From Malacoraja senta (taxonomy: Eukaryota): DNA of 64,000 nucleotides. Below the pieces are notes generated by a model. The model saw only the letters and a program-made list of their open reading frames with translations, ran no database searches and had not been told where the DNA came from. Of this stretch, positions 24,901-36,900 are shown piece by piece; position 1 is the first letter of the stretch; each line of letters begins with the position of its first letter. Both the position numbers and the translations under genes were made by a program. The stretch covers positions 1 to 64,000 of the forward strand of contig JAXLNO010001745.1 of the NCBI GenBank assembly GCA_038087875.1. Reading direction: 5' to 3'.

Positions 24901-27900
24901 ATCAACTCCTGTTCGGTGCCAGTTCCTCATTGCACTCAATTCTCCAATCTTTCAAAAGTTTAACTACCGCCACATTAAATACTTCCAATGAGTTTGTCTT
25001 CACAAATCTCCAGAGTCAAGAGCGCCAGAGAATGACCACACTCTGCAAAAAGAGATTTTGTAAACAAATGACTGATCTCTTTTATCTCTTATTGAAGAGG
25101 AGTGAAAATACGGCCAATTTTAAGCTTGTCCCTCCCCAATTGACCCTCATTTCATAACTTGTCAATTATTTATTATTGTCAATAATGTGCCCTAGTGAAA
25201 AGATTTGCCGTTGGTATTAGTTTATTATTGTCACATGAACTGAGATATAGTCAAAAGTTTGTCTGTGTGTTATCCAATCAGATCATACTACACATGTGCA
25301 ATCAAGCCATCCACAAGTAGAACAGTACAAAGAGAAAACTACTCAGAGTGCAGAATACCGGGTTACAATATCATAGCATTACAGTTACAGAGAAAGTGCA
25401 GATCAAAAAGAGTTGCAAGGATCACAATGAGATTGGTTGGAAGTTCAGGGCAACATCTTATCTTACATGAGAATCATTCAGTAGTCCAATAACAGTGGGG
25501 AAGAAGCTGTTCCTGAATTTAATGGTACGTACTTTCAAACTTTCTTGTGTACTGTCTTAACAGGGAGCATACAATCCCTTTTAAACCACATGGTTGGTTG
25601 ATGGGACGAAAGAGGCAAAATGGGGCAGATGTGGACAGTAACTTGGTTGTTGTAGACTGAAGAATATTTTGTGGTGGGTGACTGTGCAAGTTTTACTGAA
25701 GATGAAAATAACCATCTTACTGTCTTGTAGTTTCCCCTGAGGTATCTCTCGCTGCCCGCCCTGATGATCATTCAGTCCTGTACTGCACTGTGTTTGGATT
25801 TTACCCACCGGCCATCAATGTCAGCTGGTTGCAGAATGGTCAACATGTCTCTGAGACCAAATCTTCTGGGGTCATACACAACAACGATGGAACATATCAT
25901 CTAAGGTCTGTCCTTGAGTATGATCCGTATGATGGGAAACAGTATTCCTGTCATGTCGATCACAGCAGCCTGCCCGGTGGGAAGATCATCATCTGGGGTA
26001 AGAACGTTAAATATTCTTTCATAGATAATCATTATCTTCTGTTGTATCCATTTTAATCATCGGGAATACATCCCATATTCCAAGATGCTTAAACTTTCTT
26101 TGTTTAGTGGTGTTGCTCTAAGTAATCACGTAATCAGCACCCACTCTCCACATGAGCAGAAGACTTTGTCAACAGAACATTGATCAAAAGTAAATAAATA
26201 ACTAATATACAAGGAAGGAGTATTTGGGATTCTCAGTGGTGGAACTGATATCCATGAAAGGTATGTTTAAATAAAAAATGAATCTTGATGTGATTAACAG
26301 CAAGGCACTGGGGGAGTACATGCCCCAATCCAAATCAATGGTCCGAAGTGGAAATGATTGAGAGCTTCATGTTCCTTGGCATGAATGTATCCAATATTCT
26401 GTCATGGACTGGCCACATAGCCAAGGGGACACACCAACACCTCTACTTCCTCAGGAGACTGAGAATATTCATCATGTCTCTGGTGACTCCAGCAAACATC
26501 TATAGATGCCGCTAGAGAAAGCATGTTGTTGGGTTGCATCACATCTTGATTTGGGAACTGCACTGCCCAAGACTGCAAGAATATACAAAGAGTTAAAGAT
26601 CATCACACAGCCCAGACTTCCCACTATTGGCTCAATCTACACTAGGTTGCCTTGGAAAACGAGACTTATCCCACCCCGGTCATTCCTCCTTCCTGCTCCC
26701 ATCAGGCAATAGGTACTGAAAGTTGAAAATATGCACTGCCAGACTCAGGAACACCCCCTTTCCACCTGTTAACAGGCTTCGGAAGGGTCCTTCCATAATG
26801 TAGGTTTAAATCCCGATTCACCTCAACCTCATTGCACATTGAACATTGTCTATGGAACTGATGTGTTACAATGTTGAGAACTATATTCTGTACTCTGTAT
26901 CCTCCTCTTTGCTCTATCTATTGTTTTTGAGTTTGTATTTATGTATAGTATTATAATTTGTTTGGATAGCATACAAAACAAACCTTTGCTCTGTATTTTG
27001 AAACATCTGGCATTAATAAAACAAAACCTAATGAAGTAAGTTCCCTGACGCAAGTTACAGATTCAGCAACAACAAATATAGCTGCCTGACAAATAGCGAT
27101 CGTACTAGTTTGATTCCAAGTATGCTGCACTATCCTACACAAATGTTCACTTTTGAAGATTCCCTCGAACAATGCACAACTAAGGAATCTGATGTTTCAC
27201 TCTGAAGACTGTTGACATACTCCAGAACTTAATTTCCAACCTATCTATGTATCATCAGCAATCTAGGCTACAGCGCCATCAGCCCTTTCTTCTGCTCTTA
27301 ATACCAACGATAAGTAGTTCACTTTCTTGCAATGATTCCCAACCTGCAGTTGCAGTTTCCCAACCTGAACACTCCTTTAAGACAACTCTCTGCTTGCTCT
27401 AAATTGTTTTTTCCATTCATGCTAATTATTACCCCCAATGTCATAAGCCTTTGCATCACTAGATTGATATCTTATGAAAATCCAGATATTGTGCGACATC
27501 TGGTGGTCAGGCCACTTATTGCTAGAACCCTCGTCAGGGGAGCTGGGACTATCACATGACAGGGTTTTGGTGGGAGTTGGTGATGAATCAGTCGCCAGTC
27601 AACTGGTGTGCCCGATAACAACGGCAGGAACTTTGCTCAAGTCCTTACTAAACGTGAGTGGGCCAAAACTGTATTTCTTTTAAAAAAAAACATTGATTTG
27701 TTCACGACGCTTGGATCTCTACAATATATTGTATTTCTTTTGTTTCTCATTTCAATTGTGTTACCTATTCTGCTTTTCCATCATTTTGTTTTTGAATTTT
27801 AGGCTTTTCACACCTGCTGCTCGAATATACATTGTCTACGGGTTCCTGTTGCATTTTCAAAGAATTCTAATCAATTTCTCAAACAAAGTTTGAAGAAGGG

Positions 27901-30900
27901 TCCCAAAACGAAACGTCACCTGTCCATGTGTAAGAAGAAACTGCAAATGCTGGTTTACACCGAAGATGGACACAAATTGCTGGAATAACTCAGCTGGTCA
28001 GCCAGCATCTCTGGAGAAAAGGAATAGGTGATGAATCCATATTCGCCAGAGATGCTGCCTGTTCCGCTGAGTTACTCCAGCATTTTGTGTCTATTATGTA
28101 TATTCTTTTCACTGACTGGTTAGCATGAAACAAAAGCTTTTCACTGTACCTCAATACATGTGACAATAAACTAAACTAAAGCTTTTGTGTAAATCAGTAT
28201 CTGCATCTCTTTCTTTCTACAATTTTCCTGTTAATGCACTTTATTGTTTTGTTATTACTTAAATGTTCTGCCATTACTGAAAGGAATCCAACATTTCCCC
28301 CAAAACAGATGTCAGATTATATAGGGTTAAAGCTTTCTGATTTCTATTCGCCTTCTTTCATGAATTAAGTTGTGGCTGTGATGGTGCCATAGATCATAGA
28401 GTTGTACAGAACAGATATTGTCCCTTTGCCATGTTGCAGAACTCCGTGATTCAAAACAACATATTTATATATGTTGAAAAGCGCCAAAGATAGACACAAA
28501 ATGCTGGAGTAACTCAGCGGTGAGGTAGCATCTCTTGAGAAAAGGAATAGGTTGCATTTCGGGTCGAGACCCTTCTTCACCCTGAAGTCTTCAGACAGTG
28601 CCAATCTATTTAGCTGCACTGCTTAGCAATTGATTTGTAAAATTATGCATTTTTATTTTTCAGAAGGAAATGGGAAGAAAGACAGGCACATATGCCTTAT
28701 TGCCGTGTGTGTGCTGATATTGTTGGCTGTTGCTTTGGCAGTAATTGTTTGGTGGAGAAAAAAGAGGAGAGGTAAGATGGAAACATTGTGATGAACTGTT
28801 GCTAGTAAAGGTATTGGGCTTGAAGAAATGATCGATCTCAAGTAGGATAAGGCATCAGCTACACCTGAAATGCCTCGACAGTCACCACTGTCAACTAGCC
28901 TTTGTGCTGTTGTTAAATGTTTCTGATAATCAGATATTTAAAAATTGTGAATTCAGTGTAAAAAAATGTTATACATTATGGATTCACTGCCCCAAATCCT
29001 AGAAATATCAATGAGTCATTAAAAAGTACAGCATGCATGCAGTCCTTTCGGCCCACCGTGTCCATGCCAACCACCAACCAACTGTTCTCATGAATTCTAT
29101 CTCATTGCACCTTCTCATCCAGTCACCCACCCACTAGGGGCAATTTACAGTGGCCAATTAAACAATAAACTGACACATCTTAGGATGTGTGAGGAAACCG
29201 GAGCCCCTGGAGGGATCCAATGCGGTTACACGGAGAACGTGCAAACTCCACATAGATGGCACTCAAGGTCAAAATTGAACCCGGGTCTGTGTCGCTGTAT
29301 GGCAGCAGCTCTACGAGTTGTGACACTGTGCTGCTCTGTTGGGGGCTCGCACTGTTCATGATCCAAGTCAGCTATGAGGCAGATTGGTTGCAGTTTAACG
29401 TTTTCTAGTTTTGTTTAGTTTAATTTAGAGATACAGTGACGAAACAGGTCCTTAGGCCCGCCGAGTCTGCGCTGACCAGCGATCCGCGCACATTAACACT
29501 ATCCTATACACATACACCAAGCCAATTAACCTACATACCTGTACGTCTTTGGAGTGTGGGAGGAAACCTTAGATCTCGGAGAAAACACACGCGGTCATGG
29601 GGAGAACGTACAAACTTTGTACAGACAGCATCAGTAGTCGGGATCGAACCCGGGTCTCCGGTGCTGCAAGCGCTGTAAGGCAGCAACTCTACCGCTGCAC
29701 ACAGTAGCTGCCACCAAGGCCGCTGTTGCTGGAAAACTCCAAATTAAGTGGGAATGTGAGTAGTGGGAGAAATGGTTCAAGGTGGAAAGCCGAATGAATG
29801 AGCAACAACATGACAGGTGGACTACAATGTGAAACAGGACAGCACAGAGCCAGAGACCTGAATTAAATACCGACATCATCTGTTGTATCTGTAGAGTTGG
29901 ATGTTGTTCCTGTGACCATGTGGGTTTCCCCAGGTGCTCTGGTTTCCACCCACATCCCCAAAACATTGTTTGGTAGGTTAGTTGTCCCCTAGATTGTGCA
30001 TGATACAATGCGGGGAGAGCTGATGAGAATGTGGGACAAATGTAGGATTAGTGTACATGAATGGTTGGTGCAGGTCAGTGGGACAAAGGCCATGTTTGTA
30101 TGCTGCATATTTCCATGACTCTTTATGATGTAGAAAGATGCTGACTATTTATGATTTATAAGATTGGGAAAGACTGTGAGGGACAGTGCTATAGTAACTC
30201 AGCAGGTCAGGCAACATCCCTGGAGACCATGGATAGGTGACAATCTGGTTCGAGACTCTTCAGGCAAATTACAATGTTTGTACATAATGCAGCATGGTAG
30301 TGCAGCTGGTAGAACTGCTGTCTCACAACGCCAGAGACCCAGGTTCAATCTGGACCTCGGGTACTGTCTACGTGGAGTTTGCACGTTCTCTTGTGACTAT
30401 GTGGGCTTCCTCAGGGAGCTCCGGTTTCCTCCCATATCCCAAAGATGAGCAGGTGTGCAGGTAATCATCCTCGGTAAGTCACCCTGATAGTGTAGGGGTG
30501 GATGGGAAATCTATTATGAATGGGTGATTGCTGGTTAGTATGGATTTGGTGGCACAAATGGCCTGTTTACACACTATCACTGTTTTCAAGAGAGAGTTAG
30601 ATTTAGCGCTTAGGGCTAAGGGAGTCGGGGGATATGGGGGAAAAGCCAGATCGGAGTATTAATTATGGATGATCAGCCATGATTGTATTGAATGGCGGTG
30701 CTGGCTCAAAGGGCCGAATAGCCTATTCCTGCACTTATTTTTTATGTTTCTATCTTTCTATTAAATAAACTAAATTGGAAGACAGAAGGTATTGACTGAT
30801 GCATCTTCACGCCAGCTGTAAATGTCATAAACTGTGAGAATTGATTGCAAATGTTATACAATATTATAAACTAAACTGCGTGATCAAAATGACAAGATGG

Positions 30901-33900
30901 ATGAAGAGCAGAGTTTTCATTGAAATAACAGAGGTGCAGCTTTCTCGAGCACTTGGCCTTGGTTGTGTAATATTTCCTCTTCAAAATACAATGTTCCCAG
31001 GTATTGCTGGTCTGAGACACCATTCAGCAAGTATATTTCCTGAAATTGAGATTCTGCTTTCATGGTATCAAGATGTCTAACAGCTCCAGCACCCAGATCA
31101 GAACCTTGCCAAAACTAAGAATGCAGCAACAATTTAGTCATTGAACATCAACGTCATGCATATTTGAACTGAGGCAATGGTTAGCTTATTATCACTGTAA
31201 ACCAGTCATGGTCATGGGTCTGCCATTGTGGTCACTATTAGTGAGGATGATTAACTATCATTTAGCAGCGAAACGAAAAAGAATTGGCTTTTCAAGCCCA
31301 CGGAGCCATAGAGTCATACGGCATGGAAATGGGCCCTTTGCTTCAACTTGGCCATGCCAACCAAGATGCCATGTTTAAACTACAATTTTCCTGCAATTGA
31401 CCCATATCTCACTGAACCTTTCCTATCTACAGTATGTACCTGTCCAAGTGTGTTCTAAATGTTTTTTAATACCTGCCTCAACTCCTTCCCCTGGAATGTT
31501 CTTCCATATTTCCACTTCCTCTGGTTCCGAGTAACTCGTTCCCTTCTCACCTTAAACCTAAGTCCTCTGGTTCTTGATTACATAAGGCTGGTTAAAAGAT
31601 TCTGTGCATTCAATCTATCTATGCTCCTTGATTTTATAAACTTCTATAAGATCACCCCTCAGCCTCTTGCGTGCCAAGGACTAAAGTCCAAGCATTCTTA
31701 TCCTCTCCCTGAATCACAGGCCCTGTTAATGACATCCTTCCGATAGTGGAGTGACCAAAACTTAACACAATACTCCAAATGTGGCCTCACCATCATCTTG
31801 TACAACTGTAGCAGAACATCCCAACTTTTGTATTCAGTACCTTTCTTTTAAAATCTTTTTATTGTTTTTTTTCCAAAAAACAAAAACAAAAATAAAACAT
31901 AAAAAACAGAGCAAAAAGATACAAAGGGATCAGGATTAAACACATTAATAACAGGTATAATCTAATATGAGACCAGTGTCAAAATACACAATGAATATAG
32001 ACCTCTATGTAAATATAGTTAAATCTTTAAAAGGAAACATAAATGTAAAAAAAAGCAAAGATAAAAAGACAAAAAGAAAAAGAAAAAACAAAACCCCATA
32101 AACTAAAAAAACGTTTTTAAAAATTGATAATAATAAAATAAGAATAAAAATAAAATAAATAAATAAAACAAAACAGAGCAAAACCGAATCTGAACTGAGA
32201 AATTCAACAATTTAAGTCTGTTTGTCGTCAAGTCCATTCCACCCTATGAAGGTAAAATAATTTTTATAAAGGTTAAAGAGGGAACAATTTATGTTGTATG
32301 AAAGTGTTCAATAAGTTTTCCCCAAGTCTTATCAAATTTAACCAAGGGTTCAACAATGTCACTTCTAATTTTTTCTCAATTTAAACATGATATTGTCTCA
32401 GAATACCACTGGAGTGTGGTCGGAGGGTTGGAATCTTTCCATTTAAAGAAAATAAATCTTCTGGCAATTAATGTGGTAAAAGCAATCAACCGATGGGCGG
32501 AGTGGGACAAATGAATAGAATCTAACATTGGTAACCCAAAAATTGCAGTAATAGGATGAGGTTGTAAATCGATACCTAAGACTACCGAAATAGTATCAAA
32601 AATGTCTTTCCAATATTTTTCCAAAAGAGGGCAGGACCAAAACATATGGGTCAGTGATGCCACTTCAGAGTTACATCTGTCACAGGTAGGATTTATATGA
32701 CCATAAAAACGAGCTAACTTATCTTTTGACATATGAGCTCTGTGGACCACCTTGAATTGTATCAAAGCGTGTCTTGCATACATTGAAGAGGTATTAACTA
32801 ATTGAAGGATCCTCTCCCATTTCTCTATAGATAAAGAAATTTGGAGTTCCCTTTCCCAGTCATCCTTAATTTTATCAAATGTATCTATTTGTAATTTTGA
32901 AATCAACTCATGAATAGTCGTTATTAACCCTTTCTGATAATGGTTCAACTGTAAAAAAAATCCAAAATTTCGGGTTGATGTGGTAGCGGAAAAAGGGGTA
33001 GTTCCTTTTGTCTAATTTGTAAATATCTAAAAAAGTGTGAATTAGGTAAGTTATATTTATTGGAGAGTTGTTCGAAAGACATAAAACAACCTTCCAAAAA
33101 CAAATCACGAAAAGCTACTAATCCCTTCCTCTTCCATAACAAAAAAACTTGATCAGTACTAGATGGTTGGAAGAGAAATTTGGATAAAATCAGATAGTCC
33201 AAAAAACTTACGAAATTGAAACCGTATTCGGAACGTATGTCTTATTATTGGGTTCGTCATATATTTATTCAATCTCGTAATTGTAAAAGGTAACGAGGTC
33301 CCTAGAATAGAAGCCAATTATAGCCCTTGTAAGGAATCACGTTCTAGGTTTATCCATCCAGGGCATTGGGTATCTTCTAAATCTTTTGTCCAAAATGTTA
33401 AATAACGAACATTGACTGCCCAATAGTAGAGTCTAAGGTTCGGCAATGCCAAACCACCATCTTTTGGGGATTTCTGTAGGTATTTTTTACCTAGTCTGGG
33501 ATTTTTATTCTGCCACATATATGAAGAAATTTTAGAGTCTATAATATCAAAGAAAGATTTGGCAATAAAAATTGGTATCGTCTGAAATAAATGCAGACAT
33601 TTAGGTAAAATGAACATTTTAATAGCATTGATTCGGCCAATTAAGGATAAGGACATTGGTAACCATTTAGTGAACTGATGTTTAATATGGTCAATTAAAG
33701 GAATAAAATTAGCTTTAAATAAATCCTTGTGTTTCTTGGTGATCTTAATACCTAAATAAGTAAAACTTTCAGTAGTCAATCTAAATGGAAACTGTCCATA
33801 ACTCGAAACAAAATTATTTAATGGGAAAGCTCACCCTTACTAAGATTTAGTTTATAACCAGAAAAACTACTGAATTGATTAAGTAATGCTACTATTGCCG

Positions 33901-36900
33901 GAATAGATTTCTCAGGGTTAGAAATAAATAATAACAGATCATCTGCATAAAGAGATAGCTTATGTGTCTTAATCCCGCGGACAATACCAAAAATATTAGG
34001 GGATTCCCTAATAGCAGTGGCTAAAGTTTCCAAAGCAATATCAAATAGTAAAGGACTTAAGGGACAGCCCTGTCTAGTACCTTGAAAGAGCCTGAAAAAA
34101 AGGGGATCTCTGATTATTAGTAAATACAGAAGCCTGAGGTATAAGATATAGCAGTTTGATCCAAGAGATAAATTTTGGACCAATCTTAACTTTTTCAAGT
34201 ATATTGAATAAGTTTTCCATTCTACTCAATCAATAGCCTTCTCGGCATCAAGTGAGATGACACATTCTGGGGTTTTATTAGACGCTGTATATACAATATT
34301 TATTAATCTCCTAACATTAAAGAATGAGTAACGATTTTTAATAAAACCTGTCTGATCTTCAGAGATAATTTGCGGTAAAATCTTTTCCAATCTCATAGGT
34401 AATATTTTTGAAAGAATTTTAAAATCTACATTTAACATTGATATAGGTCTATATGATGTCACTTCAGTAGCGTCTTTATCTTTTTTTTTAATTAAAGAAA
34501 TAGAAGCTTCATAAAAAGATTGTGGTAATCTATTGCTTAAAAAGGCTTCTTTAAATACCTTGCATAGCCATGGAGACAATACATTTGAGAAATACTTTTA
34601 AAATTCTACTGTAAATCCATCTAAACCGGGAGCTTTACCAGATTTCATTGAAAAAATTGCTTTCTGTATTTCTTCTTCCGTGATGGGTTCATCTAACAAC
34701 AGATGGTAAATTGTATGGTAAATTTGGTAAGTTCAGTTTCTGTAAAAACTCATGCATTATATTGGGATCAGTAGGAAAATCTGATTGGTATAGGGAGGTA
34801 TAAAATTGCTGAAAGGATTTATTAATTTCGTGATGGTCTACAGTTACTGTACCATCCCGTTTACTCACTTTAGTAATCTGACGCTTGGCCGACACTGCTT
34901 TCAATTGATTAGCAAGTAATTTACCAGATTTTTCACCATTTATATAAAATTTACTTTTGGTTTTAAGTAACTGGTTCTCAATCGGTGATACTAATAACAA
35001 ATCATATCTCAATTGAAGTTCAACTCTATTCTTATAGAGCTCTAAACTAGGAGATTTTGAATATTTTTTATCAATTTCTTTAATCTCGTCAGCCAATGTG
35101 CGTATTTCTTTTTGTGTTTGTTTTTTTAATCCCGCGGAGTATGAAATAATTTGTCCACGAATATATGCCTTAAAAGCATCCCAAACAATATCATTGGATA
35201 TCTCTTCATTAGAGTTTGTCAAGAAGTAAAAAGCAATCTGATCTTTCATAAACTTAATAAAGTTTAAGTCTTGAAGCAAAGTAGCATTAAATCGCCATTG
35301 TTTAGCACTAAACTTGGAATCAGGTAGTTTGATCAATAGTTTCACTGGTGCATGATCAGAAATAGCAATTGTATCATACTCACATGCAATGACCGATGGA
35401 AATAGCCGAGAATCTAGTATAAAATAGTCGATCCTAGAATAACTATGAAATACATGAGAGAAAAATGAAAATTCTTTGTCATTTGCGTGTAAGAATCTCC
35501 AAATTTCTTACATTCCCGAGTCAAGTAAAAAATAATTAATAAAATTAGCTGATTTATTTGGAAGCGCATGATCAGATGTAGACCTATCAATCGAGGGATT
35601 CAAACAGCAATTGAAGTCTCCATCCATTATTAAAAAGTGTTCATTTAAATTAGGAAAGGATGCAATTAACTGTTTAAAAAACTCAGGGTGATCAATATTT
35701 GGTGCATAGACATTCACCAAAGCCACTTTTTGCCTAAAAAGGACAGCGGTAATCACCAAGAATCTGCCATATGGATCAGAAATTGTTTCATGGTGAACAA
35801 ACGGAATTGAGGAGTCAATAAAAATAGAGACTACCTTTCACCTTAGCCTGTGAATTTGAATGAAACTGCTGTCCTCTCCAAAACTTGAAAAATCGTGACT
35901 TGTCATCTTGCCTTACATGAGTTTCCTGAACAAAGATAATCTGAGCATTTAGTCTGTGAAGAACTTTTTTTTAAAAAGTCCTCTTAATGGGATGGTTCAA
36001 GCCATTCACACTCCATGAAAGGAAATGAGTAACTTTATCCATATTGCTTGTAAAAATCATGTGGGATGTAATGGGTTAATTTCTTGAAGCCTAAAAGTTC
36101 ATAATACTGGAAGAAGAAAAATCTAGGGCGGAGTCAGAAGTGACGACATTTCAGCCAATTTTGTAGTTCAGAATTTGCACAAATGGAGATCACTAAATAG
36201 GGAACAAAAGACCCCTCCCCCTTCCCCCCTCCCACCCCTGTAGAACCCCAAACTGACCAAAAGAGTCAGCAAACTACCTAATCCCCTCCCCAATCCCATC
36301 TCTCCCAGTAACAGCGCTCAGCATAAAAAGAATAATATTTAACCACTACTTCATAACACATTCGTTATTATCTCTTTGAGAGAGAAGAAGAAAAAAATAC
36401 AGACTGGCATGGAATGCTGCTTATTATTATCCAAGGTCAAGATATGAAAAACAAGAACTGCATTCTCTTAGTTTGTCTAACGACAGGGGAACACGAATTA
36501 ACAAAGAAATTCTTAAAAGAATATATATAAAAGAAAAACAACTCGTCCAGTTAAATTCTTAATCATTACCAAACAAAATGTTGTCAAAATAGGAACAGTA
36601 AATCTCCAATTATAACTTAATCAGCTATCTATTACTCCCCTTCCTCGTCGTAGCTCTTCAGAAAGCTGGAGGCGTCTTGAGGACTGTTAAAAAATTGAAC
36701 GTTACCATTGAAAAGCCGAATACGCAATATAGCTGGTGATAATAGAGCTGGGCGCATTTTCTTATACAAATCAGACATTACATTATAAAAAGTCTTTCTT
36801 ATTTCCAAAAGCTCATAACTATAATCAGGGACAAACCGAAACTCTCATCCTTCATATTCAACCACACCAAACTTTTTTGCTGCCTGGAGAATATTCTCCT

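Noticed and set aside
29410-29712. tRNA-like heads
   Set aside because: They are 5' parts of multi-copy SINEs, not tRNA genes.
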